This document shows positions 44,501 through 55,600 of a stretch of 64,000 bases of DNA, in pieces. Under the pieces are notes generated by a model. That model was not told where the DNA came from. It did no database searches and saw nothing but the letters and a program-made list of their open reading frames with translations. Source of the stretch: Chrysemys picta bellii (taxonomy: Eukaryota); NCBI RefSeq assembly GCF_011386835.1, contig NC_088798.1, forward strand, positions 110,236,001 to 110,300,000, in the 5' to 3' direction. The translations under genes were made by a program, and so were the position numbers. The first letter of the stretch is position 1. Every line of letters starts with the position of its first letter.

Positions 44501-47500
44501 GGGCGAAGGACTCTTCCAAACGTGACCTAAGCAGGAGCACTGCAGTTGCAGAGAGCCTAGGACAGCTCGGAGAGGGGTACACAACCTGCAGTGGGCCTGG
44601 GCCCTTGGGCTCAGGAACGGGCGAGTCTCCCTGTCAGGAGAGGGGCACCAGCCTTTGCCAACAGCCCAGGGGTCCAGAAGGAGCCAGGCTGGCACCGGGC
44701 ATCAGCCAGGCTAGTGCCTGTGCATCCAGCCCTCTCCTGGGGGATGCGGGTGGTAGGGTAACCAGATGTGCCGATTTTATAGGGACAGTCCCGATATTTG
44801 GGGCTTTTTCTCATACAGGTGCCAATTACCCCCCCACCCCATCCCGATTTTTCACACTTGCTGTCTGGTCACCCTAGGGGGTGGGGAAGGATAGGAAGGA
44901 GCTCTGTCCCCCCCAGCAGGGAGTCCCATGGCCCCAGGTGCTGTGTGTGGGCCAGGCAGGGGCTCTGTACCGTCCAGCAGAGCAGCCCTAAGGGCTCCTG
45001 GTCCCGTCCCACTGGGGCTGGGAACTGAGCCAAGCTGGTTACAGCTCTCGGGCTCCTCCCAACGCCACCCCCGCATATCCCAGGCAGCGTCTGACTCACC
45101 TCCATCTGACACAGCCAGGCCCTGCAAAGACAGGAGGAGGAGAGGTCAGCCAGGATCCCAGGCCCCGCACCCTGCAGCTATGGGGAGCAGGGAGGCCAGC
45201 CCAGGCAGCCCCTTGGGCGAGGGATGAGTCAGCCAAGCAGAGTACAAGGGACACCGGCTGCCAGGTGTCTCCCCGCCAGGGTGCTTGGTCTGTGCAGGAG
45301 CCATTCAGCGCTCGCATGGGACCGGGCTCCTGCAGGGCTGGGGCGTGAGTCAGCTGGCAGCTGGGCACTCTCTGGCCTGCCCTCCTCCCTCAGCTCAGCT
45401 CAGCGATTGAGAAAGGGCTGATGCTATCAGCTGTGACAATGCCGCTGCCTGGGGAGAAGTGTAGCAGCCCCAGGGCACAGGAAGGGGAGGGAGGGCAGGA
45501 AAAGGGAGAGGAAGCCACAGCCTCCAGCACACCAACAACTGCAGCCCATTTCCCAGCTCTGGGGCTGGGGGAGACCACAGACCCCTTAGTGTGGGTGTTT
45601 CTGTGGGGCAGCACCCAGCCACCGAGCTAGGCAGACCCCCCGCCAAAGAGCTCCCAGCTGGGGCTCATGGCACAGAGCAGGGGGCGTGCAGTGCGCTCTC
45701 TCCTGGCTAATGTCTGGGGATGCTGCCCCCAGCAGGCCAGGCCCAGGCCCAGTCCTGCCAGCCCACGGGCATCCCTGGGCTCCCAGCTCTGGGGAAACGG
45801 CTGCCAGTCAACCCGCCTAAGCAGGGCTCACGTCCCAGCAGCGACAGAGAACTGCTCCCCTCCTGGGTGCTGAGGAACAGGGACACCACCCAGCTCTGCC
45901 ATCGCCCGCCTGCTACCCCCGCCCCGGGCTCCCCACCCAGCACTGCCACTGCCCGCCTGCTACCCCCGCCCCGGGCTCCCCACCCAGCTCTGCCACCACC
46001 CGCCTGCTACCCCCGCCCCGGGCTCCCCGCCCCAGCACTGCCACTGCCCGTCTGATACCCCCGCCCCGGGCTCCCCACCCCAGCTCTGCCACCGCCCGCC
46101 TGCTACCCCCGCCCCGGGCTCCCCACCCAGCTCTGCCACCACCCGCCTGCTACCCCCGCCCCGGGCTCCCCGCCCCAGCACTGCCACTGCCCGTCTGCTA
46201 CCCCCGCCCCAGGCTCCCCACCCCAGCACTGCCACCGCCCGTCTGCTACCCCCGCCCCGGGCTCCCCACCCAGCTCTGCCACCACCCGCCTGCTACCCCC
46301 GCCCCGGGCTCCCCGCCCCAGCTCTGCCACCGCCCGCCTGCTACCCCCGCCCCGGGCTCCCCACCCCAGCACTGCCACCGCCCGTCTGATACCCCCGCCC
46401 CGGGCTCCCCACCCCAGCTCTGCCACCGCCCGCCTGCTACCCCCGCCCCGGGCTCCCCGCCCCAGCTCTGCCACCACCCGCCTGCTACCCCCGCCCCGGG
46501 CTCCCCGCCCCAGCACTGCCACCGCCCGTCTGCTACCCCCACCCCGGGCTCCCCACCCCAGCACTGCCACCGCCCGTCTGCTACCCCCGCCCCGGGCTCC
46601 CCACCCAGCTCTGCCACCACCCGCCTGCTACCCCCGCCCCGGGCTCCCCGCCCCAGCTCTGCCACCGCCCGCCTGCTACCCCCGCCCCGGGCTCCCCACC
46701 CCAGCACTGCCACCGCCCGTCTGCTACCCCCGCCCCGGGCTCCCCACCCAGCTCTGCCACCACCCGCCTGCTACCCCCGCCCCGGGCTCCCCGCCCCAGC
46801 TCTGCCACCGCCCGCCTGCTACCCCCGCCCCGGGCTCCCCACCCCAGCACTGCCACCGCCCGCCTGCTACCCCCGCCCCGGGCTCCCCACCCCAGCTCTG
46901 CCACCGCCCGCCTGCTACCCGCGCCCCGGGCTCCCCACCCAGCACTGCCACTGACTGCCTGCCTGCTACCCCCGCCCCGGGCTCCCCACCCCAGCTCTGC
47001 CACTGCCCGCCTGCTACCCCCGCCCCGGGCTCCCCACCCCAGCACTGCCACCGCCCGTCTGATACCCCCGCCCTGGGCTCCCCACCCCAGCACTACCACT
47101 GCCCGTCTGATACCCCCGCCCCGGGCTCCCCATCCAGCACTGCCACCGCCCATCTGATACCCCCGCCCTGGGCTCCCCACCCCAGCACTGCCACCGCCCG
47201 CCTGCTACCCCCTGTGACGAACTGGGCCTGTTCTCACTGTGGTCTGTGAATGCTGACAGGGGAGTGGGGCTGGAATAGTCTGCATTGGGGGATGGGAGTC
47301 TGAGTCTGCCCGAGGGCGCATACCTGAGTGTGTAACAGGAGAACCCAGGAAGGGGTTGAAGGCCAGGTGACTCCTTAGCCCGGGAAAATGAACAAAGGCT
47401 GTGGGAGGGGTCGCTGAAGCCAGAGTGCTGGAAGCGAGCTGGAGAGATGGCTGGGAGGCAGAGATGGCTCTGACCTCCCAAGGGGGGCTGGGCTGGGATG

Positions 47501-49399
47501 CCCTGGGACCCCAAGATGGACCTAACTGAGGGGGTCCCTGTGGTCTGTGCCTGCAAGACCTGTCTTGGACTGTATTCCTGTCATCCAAATAAACCTTCTG
47601 CTTTACTGGCTGGCTGAGAGTCGCAGTGAATCGCAGGAAGCCGGGGGTGCAGGGCCCTGAGTTCCCCAATACTCCGTGACACCCCCGCCCCGGGCTCCCC
47701 ACCCCAGCTCTGCCACCACCCGCCTGCTACCCCCGCCCCGGGCTCCCCACCCCAGCACTGCCACCGCCCGTCTGATACCCCCCGCCCCGGGCTCCCCACC
47801 CAGCTCTGCCACCGCCCGCCTGCTACCCCCGCCCCGGGCTCCCCACCCAGCACTGCCACTGCCCGCCTTCTACCCCCGCCCCGGGCTCCCCGCCCAGCTC
47901 TGCCACCGCCCGCCTGCTACCCCCGCCCCGGGCTCCCCACCCAGCACTGCCACCACCCGCCTGCTACCCCCGCCCCGGGCTCCCCACCCAGCACTGCCAC
48001 CGCCCGCCTTCTACCCCCGCCCCGGGCTCCCCGCCCAGCTCTGCCACCGCCCGCCTGCTACCCCCGCCCCGGGCTCCCCGCCCAGCTCTGCCACCGCCCG
48101 CCTGCTACCCCCGCCCCGGGCTCCCCGCCCAGCTCTGCCACTGCCCGTCTGATACCCCCGCCCCGGGCTCCCCACCCCAGCACTGCCACTGCCCGCCTGC
48201 TACCCCCGCCCCGGGCTCCCCACCCCAGCACTGCCACTGCCCGCCTGCTACCCCCGCCCCGGGCTCCCCACCCCAGCACTGCCACTGCCCGCCTGCTACC
48301 CCCGCCCCGGGCTCCCCACCCCAGCACTGCCACTGCCCGCCTGCTACCCCCGCCCCGGGCTCCCCACCCAGCTCTGCCACTGCCCGCCTGCTACCCCCGC
48401 CCCGGGCTCCCCACCCAGCACTGCCACTGCCCGCCTGCTACCCCTCCTGGGCTCCCCACCCAGCACTGCCACTGCCCGCCTGCTACCCCCGCCCCGGGCT
48501 CCCCACCCAGCACTGCCACTGCCCGCCTGCTACCCCCGCCCCGGGCTCCCCACCCCAGCTCTGCCACTGCCCGCCTGCTACCCCCGCCCCGGGCTGCCCA
48601 CCCAGCTCTGCCACTGCCCGCTACCCCTACTCCGGGCAGACTCTGCTGGTGCACTGTGATCCCAATCCAGCCACCCCACCCCTATTAGTCCATGCCCCCC
48701 AGCTGTGCTAATGCCCCTCAATCCCAACCCACAGACTCCTCCCACCTCTCCACAATTTCAGACCTGGGTTCCGCACAACCCGGCGTTGCCAGGGCATGGC
48801 CCCAGCCCTCCTGGCCTAGTCCCTACCCAGCATGCCTAACTGTGCAACAGGCTGGTCGGCACCTGTCTCAGACTGACAATGCTGCGCCCGCCCAGAGCGG
48901 GCGGCTCTGAGCTTCTGGTGTCTCTGGAAGGCCCCCTTCACCTGGCACAGACCCCACAGGTCTCAGCAGCCTCAGGCCGAGGACCTGACTGTCTCTGGGC
49001 CCATCGCTCAATGCAGAGCGATGTGGGGGAGGGAGGATGGGCTGCACCGAGCCATCCTGGGGGTAGGGGAGCCTGAGACAGCATCTCCCCATGGGGCAGG
49101 GTCCCTCCCTCTGGAGCAGAGCAGCCAAGGGTGGGGGCAGAACCCTGGGGCTGGAGCCTCCCAGTAACCCAGCACCAGCAGCCTCCAGCCAGGAGCAGAT
49201 CCGCCGGTAGAGGGGGTGCAGCCCCCGTGTCACTGGGGGAGCCTTGCCGGCTGGGCGAGCCAAAAAGCACAAGGACTGGGTGTGGCTCGGTCGCACCTCC
49301 AGAGCCGCCGAACTCCGCTCCCGCCCACGCGCCCCCAGCAGGCCGGGCACTCACCATGTGGTCGCTTTGAACGCCCAGGGGCTTTGCTTTCCCAGGCAT
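35556..49399 (-). CDS. RGS14: Regulator of G-protein signalling 14 (RGS, tandem RBD, GoLoco), 15 coding exons, about 593 aa
   Basis: Exons 5'->3': 49355-49399 ([15 protein letters not shown]), 45100-45121, 44129-44283, 43778-43870 ([19 protein letters not shown]), 42732-42875, 40774-40923 ([18 protein letters not shown]), 40309-40429, 40040-40176, 39764-39967 ([17 protein letters not shown]1), 39434-39510, 38747-38873, 37758-37839, 37342-37400, 36844-36964, 35556-35800 (GoLoco [21 protein letters not shown]). Total 1782 nt, all phases compatible. Confidence 0.95.
35880..36680. repeat. Minisatellite, unit about 42 bp, last intron of RGS14
   Basis: Repeated CCCATCCCGCACTCAGACGCCCCCTCCCCCACCCCAGAG. 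Confidence 0.95.
37970..38475. repeat. Minisatellite, unit 43 bp, RGS14 intron 11
   Basis: About 11 copies of GGGTAGGAGCTCTGCCCACGGGC(A/G)GGCGGGCAGCCCCATCCCC. Confidence 0.95.
40970..42555. repeat. Highly homogeneous 52-bp minisatellite with a 726-bp higher-order period, RGS14 intron 5
   Basis: About 30 copies of CCCAGAGCCCGACACGGCCCCCGGACACACACCTGGGTAGCGCCTCCCCCCG. Diagnostic variants recur exactly 726 bp apart. Confidence 0.97.
43130..43640 (-). mobile_element. Old CR1 3' fragment
   Basis: TCCTGTGGCAATGAGTTCCAC and ACTGACGCCCAGGTCCCTTT are reverse-strand CR1 3' motifs. Boundaries approximate. Confidence 0.55.
44754..44876. mobile_element. hAT MITE (TAGGGTGACCAGA family)
   Basis: TIRs TAGGGTAACCAGA / TCTGGTCACCCTA. 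TSD GCGGGTGG / GGGGGTGG (7 of 8). Near-identical to 6158-6281. Confidence 0.85.
45880..48620. repeat. Long minisatellite, unit about 47-48 bp, RGS14 intron 1, split by an LTR
   Basis: More than 40 copies of CCCCGGGCTCCCC(A/G)CCC(C)AGC(AC/TC)TGCCAC(C/T)GCCCGCCTGCTACCCCCG on both sides of the LTR. Confidence 0.97.
47213..47681 (+). mobile_element. Solo LTR inserted inside the minisatellite
   Basis: TGTGACG...CGTGACA ends, TSD CCCCC, AATAAA near 47588. Same family as 16577-17101. Confidence 0.9.
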
Positions 49400-49552
49400 G
49401 CCTCAGCGGGGGGCTGTGCGGGCAGGGAGCATGGGGCTCGGCGGGCAGGCCCCGCGCAGGCCAGCAGGCTGCGGGCGGCCCCAGCGGGAGGAGCAGCACA
49501 GCACACTCACTGCCAGGCTCACAGGGCTGCTCACTACCTCTTTTCGCTACTG

Positions 49553-49574
49553 CAGGAAGTGTCACTATGGAAAC
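49553..49574. promoter_or_regulatory. ETS site plus RFX X-box in the shared RGS14 / ARL3-like upstream region
   Basis: CAGGAAGT (49553-49560) is directly followed by GTCACTATGGAAAC (49561-49574), a full match to the X-box consensus GTHNYY-AT-RRNAAC. Confidence 0.55.
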
Positions 49575-49699
49575 CAAACCGCAGCTAGAACTGGGGTTTT
49601 CAGAGGAGTCTCCCTCCCTACAGGAAACACCCCCCCCAGCGAGGCCAGCCCCCCACCCTAGGGCCGCGTGCCCCAGGGCCCGGCTCTGAACCCCAGCAC

Positions 49700-49887
49700 C
49701 GCCGCTCCCCCAGCAGACGGGGCCTGGGCGCTCAGAGGTGGCAGCTGACCCTGGCCAAGGCCCCTGCACTCGAGGAAAGGAGAACCACAAACGCAGGACA
49801 AAGCCGCGGAGCTCACGGGAACAGCCTGCTGATGGGCACGGGGGCTATTCAAGTGATGAGAACCTGGAGAGACCAGATCCCTCTAAG
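49700..49887 (+). other. Candidate non-coding first exon of the ARL3-like gene
   Basis: Strong donor AAG|GTACGT at 49887/49888 and matching acceptor CTCTTGCCCACACAG| at 52578 upstream of the ARL3-like ATG. An in-frame TAA precedes the junction. The start coordinate is approximate. Confidence 0.45.
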
Positions 49888-49949
49888 GTACGTCACTGTC
49901 AGAGCCCCTCCCTGCAGCGCCCGAGCCCCTCACAGCCAGTACCGCATCG

Positions 49950-50180
49950 GTCCCCCGACGCCCGGGCAGCAAGGCCAGGCCCTCGTCCCCGTCGCTCCCC
50001 CAACACCCGGTAGCAGGGCTGGGCCCTCGTCCCATCACTCCCCCGATGCCCGATAGCAGGGCTGGGCCCTCGTCCCCTTCCCGTCGCTTCCCCAACACCT
50101 GGGCAGCAGGGCTGGGCCCTCGTCCCCGTCACTCCCCTGGTGCCCGAGCAGCAGGGCTGGGCCCTCGTCCCCATCCCCTG
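49950..50180. repeat. Short degenerate tandem repeat
   Basis: About 5 copies of GCAGCAGGGCTGGGCCCTCGTCCCC(G/A)TC(A/G)CTCCCC. Confidence 0.7.
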
Positions 50181-50226
50181 CACTGTGTGCACCGTCTGGA
50201 TCGCCAGTGGTGTGGCCCCGCCCACT

Positions 50227-50950
50227 ATGACAAGTGGGGGATTTTTTCAATGGTCTGCGTGAACACAGTGTGTGCCTCAGTTTCCCTGTTCTGCGTGTGT
50301 AACACAGTGGGGGATGGGGTTTGTTGTTGCAGAGGACCAGGTGTGACCTCGCTTACCAGCCAGGACCCCGGACGATGGCCTGGAGATTGGGTGCCCTAGC
50401 AACAGGTGACCGGGAGGCTCAGCCCAGCTTGGACATCAGCCAGTTCAAGGCTGGTGGGGAAGGTGACCTAGGATGATCAGCTGGAAGGAGGGGGCTGCTG
50501 GACTGGGGACAAAAGGCAGCCCGAGCCACCTGGGGTGCGGGACAGGCCAAGATGGATGGTGCTGAGACTGGCCCAGCCCAGGGGCTCTGAGAACAGCCTG
50601 GGCTGGGTTCAGCCATTCAAAAACCTCCTGTTTTCTGCTGGCTGAGAGTCACTTCAGGCTAGAGATCGGGGGGGGGGGGAGGGCATTATTCCCTCTGGGT
50701 GTGGAGGCCTCAGGGGCCCAGAGCAAGGGGACTCCCTGCGGGGCCCACAGCAGAGCCAGGCATGGTGGAGACTCGGAGAGGTGCAGGCCTGGGAGGTAGA
50801 GGAGCCTACGGCTTAACCCCCGAGAGAGAGGGGACCCCTGAGAAGGGCTGTCGCACTGAAGGGGGTTCCTCCCAAGGGCCCTGCGGAGCCAAGAGCCCGG
50901 GCAGCCACGACAACCCGCACTCAGGAACAGCAGGGAGAGGGAATTGTGGC
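50227..50950 (+). mobile_element. Probable solo LTR (related to the 16577/47213 family)
   Basis: Shares GCCTCAGTTTCCC and TTTT(A/C)TG.CTGGCTGAGAGTCA motifs with those LTRs. Ends approximate. Confidence 0.45.
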
Positions 50951-52685
50951 ACTGGGTGAGCCTGTCCTGGAAGGTCGTTCCTGCCCCGGCTGGACCTGGC
51001 ACCAGCTCAGCCCACGTCAGTCCAGTAAAGTTGCAGGCTCCCTGAATGCACTGAGACGGGGGGTGGGGGGGTAATCACCCGGGCGGGCCGCAGGGCTCGT
51101 AGGTGCTGGTGGGGTGGTACCGGCGGGGGCGAAGGCAGCCGGGTGGGCATGTGGAAGCCCTGGCCATGTTGGAAAAGCACGCCCAGCAGCGCAGGCGCAG
51201 CACCACCCCGACCGCACGGGTTGGGGCCCATTGCCTGTTCTGCCCTGGGGCCCGGAACTGCTGTCGGCAGGCCTGAGATGGATGCCGTATCTGCCCCTCC
51301 TGAGACCTGGTCTAGGGGCGGGTGACCGCCAGGGACGGCTATACCACTGTGCTGCCTGGCTGGTTTTATCTGGCCCCCAGGACGAGCACCGAAACTTTTT
51401 CTGCCCTGGCCAGCAAAACATCAAGGGCCGTCCCTAGTCCCAGACAGCACTTCTGACCCTATGGCTCCATCCTGGATTGGCAGGCTGCTCTATGCCCCCC
51501 CTCCTGCAGTCTGGCAGTGCCCCTTTACTGGGCCAGGTCTGGTGCCCCTACTTTTTGCAAGGAAAGCCCTGCGGCGGTGCTGCTCCGAGGCGGGGCCCCC
51601 TGGTGACCCAGTGATGAGTCTGGATGAGTTCACATCCTGGAACAGACTTGACCCCTTTGGGATCGATGCAGCCAGCAGGGCTTGGAAGTCCTGGGAGAAC
51701 TGGGGGGCTGCGCCCTGTAGGGGAAGAGGGAACACCCACATCAGAATGAGCTGCAGCTCCAGCCCCAGGGAGCAGGTGACTGGTAATGGGTCAATGCTGG
51801 GGATGTACCAGAGGGGGCAGGGCTCCCACTGATCCATCTCCTTCTGCTGCTGGGCCCCCGGCCTGCACTTGGGCCCAGGAGCCACAGCGGTGGCAGGACA
51901 CCGAGCGGGGTGGGTTTGTAGGGAGGCTGGGGCTGGAGCTGGCTTTTCCCAGTTACCCATGTTGGGAAAAGTTCTGCCCCACCAGTTTCTCAGCGCCGGG
52001 TAACATCACCACCCTCCCTTTGCTGCTACAGGAGCCAGGCATTTCCCCTCGCCTGCCCCCAGGGCTGCTGCTTGGAGCTGTCCCTCTCCAGCCTCCCCTG
52101 AACTCTCTGCTGCCCCCGCCCCGCCCCCAGCTCTTCCCCTGATACTGGGCTCCTGCTTGCAGCATGACACAGCCTCCTCCATCTTCCAGCCCCCACTGCC
52201 TTCCAGGGCTCTGCCACCCCAGCCCTGTACCCAGTGCACCTGCTCCCTGCTGCTCTCACCTCTGTCCCATAGGGCAGGGCAGATGGGCTTGGATGACTGG
52301 CCTGGAAGCTGGTCTGGGGGGAGTACACCTGCCATGGGTCTGGGCTGGCTCCTCCCCACAAGTGGGACAGCGTTATCACCAGGGGCGCTCTGAGCCCCAC
52401 GACCCTGCAAGGTGGGAAAGGGGCTTTGCTTCCCCTGGGGCTTAGGGCTGGGCCTGTGGGAGGGGCTGGCAGGCTGGCGACAGCTGGCTGGGGGATTTAC
52501 CTAGGGAGGTATTTAATGCTGGGGGTAAATGGAGGAACTACAGCTAATTCTGGCGCTTTAATCCTCTTGCCCACACAGGCGAAGGGACGGGTGTCAGGAC
52601 GCAGCCGCGGGCCGGGACCTGGCCCCGAGCCCAGAGGAGCTCCCAGCGCCCTGCACCCTACGGAGGATGTAGAGTCTCCCAGACC

Positions 52686-55600
52686 ATGGGTGAAGTACAG
52701 AAGGTAAGTGGGGCGGGTTCCCAGCTTGGTCCCTGTGGGGCCACCTCACAGGATGGGGGTGCTCAGTGCGACTATCCCAGCACTGGGACCGGGAGTCCCA
52801 AACCCTCCCCCTGAGATGGCAGAGCCGGGGCCTGGCACTCCCAAGAGCAGGACCTGTCCATGTGGGGGGGGGGGGGGGGGCGCTGGAAAGCTGCACCAAT
52901 GTAATCTCTCCAGAGCAAAGCAGCAGCTGGAGGGCAGGGCCTAGGCAAAAGGGGGCAGACCCTGGCTCACCGGCAGCAAGGGGGACAGTGCTGGGAGGCC
53001 AGGAACTGGAATTGCCCTGGGGGGCCAGGATGGAGTCAAAATGCACCATGGGGCCAGAGGCTGAGAACTGGGATGGGGCCAGGTGGTTGGGGGTCCGCCC
53101 AGGGCTCTCATGGGGCCTGGCTTGAAATGCAGCTGAACCAAGAGGTGGGGGCAGCAGCAGCCCTTGGCCTGGTCCCATGAGGTTCTGGGGCCAGCCCCAA
53201 TTCTCTCCACAATTCCCTACAAGCCTCCTCCTCCATTACTGCCACGCTTCTGTGCCACCTATGGACTGGCTCCAGAGCTTCCCTCTTAGCACAACACGTC
53301 TGCTGTGCTAGTCATGAGCCCCTCTAACGCGCTGCCCTGTCGGCCTGAGGGCAGCTTGAGAAAGGTGCATTACAGCTGAACAGTAAGGGACAGTACCTCT
53401 CCCCATTTCAGTTCTGCATTCCTACCATGCCCAGGATTGACAGGGGTGCTGTGTGTGAAGTGCTGTATCACTCTGTTAAGTGTCCGGGTAGCGTACTGGT
53501 TTTTTCATTACATGACCTGAACGTGTAACAACTTGGTCATCTGCCTGTCAGTTTCGCCGACTGGCTGTAGTAGGTTTGGAATTTCTGAGTCTTCTTGTTC
53601 TGCACCTGTTATCTGTAGAGTTTGCTCCATTAATGGCTCTTTCAAAAGGAACAAACTGTAGATGTTGATGGTTTCTGTTGAACTCTCCCCAGTCAGTCTG
53701 GATCACACGTGATCTGGGCGATTAATTCTTTTTCTTTACAAGAGCTGGAGTTGTCAATGTTTTTTCCTCCATCAAGTTTGCCAAGAATGTGGTCTCCAGG
53801 TGCTAGACCCGGCAGTTCTGAGTGATGTCTGCTGTAAAGCTGTCCATAAGCTCTTTAGCTTTTTGATCCAGTTGGGCTGCTCTCTTCACGTCTGGCCATG
53901 CTGGGGATTGTTCCAACTTTGGAAAGGAACCTGTTGCTCTGAGTTGTCTTCCCATCAGGAGTTGTGTGGGCCTGTCTGCAGGAGCTGCTACTGGTGTTGA
54001 TCTGTGTAAACAGGCTGCGGACTCACCACTGCGGCGCCTCCTGCTGGTCATCTCCGGGAATTAGCTCTTCCAGCATCCTGGAGCGCCCCCTGCAGGCCAG
54101 TGATCCACCTGTCCTCTGGCCCCTGTGTCCCTCCCGGACCCCGGTGCCCCTTTATCTGGGGTGCTGCCCCCTGGCAGTACACCCCTCAGTATTAGGGTCT
54201 CCCCTCCCCAGGGAACCCCCACCCACTATCCCTACCTCACCTCAGAATAAGGCCACTGCCAGTCACCAACTAGCCCCCGCTCCCTGGGGCAGACTGCAGT
54301 ATAGGCCACTCATCACTGGCAAGGGGGGTTTGGACCTGCTGCCTTGGCCTACCTCTGGGCTGCCCTCTGCAACCCCCAGTACCGTTGGCCCAATACTAGG
54401 CCGCAGCCTGGGGCTTTCCAGGTTGGAGCTCCCCAGCTCCTCAGCCTTTCCCCAGCCCTGCTCCACTCAGGTACCCTGTGTCTAGCTCGCTGCAGCCAGG
54501 CCCTTCTCCCTCTGAAGGCAGAGAGAGACTATTTGGGCTTCTGGCTCCCAGCCTCTTATATAGGCCAGCTGGGGTCTGATTGGGGCGTGGCCCAGATGTG
54601 GCTACTTCCCCAATCAGCCCAGTAGCTTTTCCCTTTGCCCCAGCCCTCTGCCTGGGCTGTTTTAAACCCCTCAGGCAGGAGCGGGGTAACCATGCCGCCA
54701 TGCCGCTACAATCTAACTCAGAAGAGCAAGGAATGGATCTTCCTCCTGCAGGATTTTCTTGGCTGCCTGTACAGCTCTCTCAGCCTCTCCGTGTGCTTGG
54801 GAGTAATGTGGGCTGCTAGTAATAAGATCAAAGTCATATTTCCTACAGAACGACTTAAATTCTGCTGCAGTGAGATGGGGTCCGTCGTCCGTCACTAGTT
54901 GTTCTGGAATACGGAAATGAGCAAAAGTTCACTTCCAGTTTCTCGATAACGCTGCAACATGTTATGTCTTTCAAGTACATTATTTCTGTATACCTGGAAA
55001 AACTGTCCATGACAATAAGATAATGCTGTCCTTTGGCATAAATCTGCAGCTAGTCTCTTCCAAGATCTGTCTGGCAGGGGTGTTGTTGTGTCGGTCTGTT
55101 AGTTCTGCAGTGTTCACATGCCAATACTCCATGTCCTTGCTGATGCCCGGAGCCCATAGTGACTGGATGGCCCATTCGTGGTGTTTAGTTAGTCCTTGAT
55201 GTCCTTCCTGGGTGAGGTTTAGGATTTCTCCTCATTTCGTTGGAATTACAATGCAGTTGCTTTTAATCATGAGTCCATTTGACTCACTTTAACTGTCCAT
55301 GTCCCACAAAGTAGCGTTTTGTCATTTCCTTGGTGTCCTTTAGATACTTGGGCCAGTTGGCCCTAATGGAACGTGGAACTGCCGGAAATTGCATGTCTGC
55401 TGAGGTTGCTTTTTTGTAGCAGGTGTAGCCTCTTTTCTGATGCTGGTCTAGATGTGCACACAGCATCCACATATGCCTTTACAGGATCTGTAAGCTCGGG
55501 TAGGGAGTGCAATGCTGGCTCTGTCAGAGTGTCTGCAACTAACCGATTTTTCCCAGGAACAATTGGGTTACATCGTATTAACCTTAGCAAGAGACGTTGG

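Noticed and set aside
35556-49399. RGS12 as the identity of the RGS-RBD-GoLoco gene
   Set aside because: The MPGK start, 45- and 22-nt first exons, absence of PDZ/PTB exons and LMAN2 adjacency fit RGS14.
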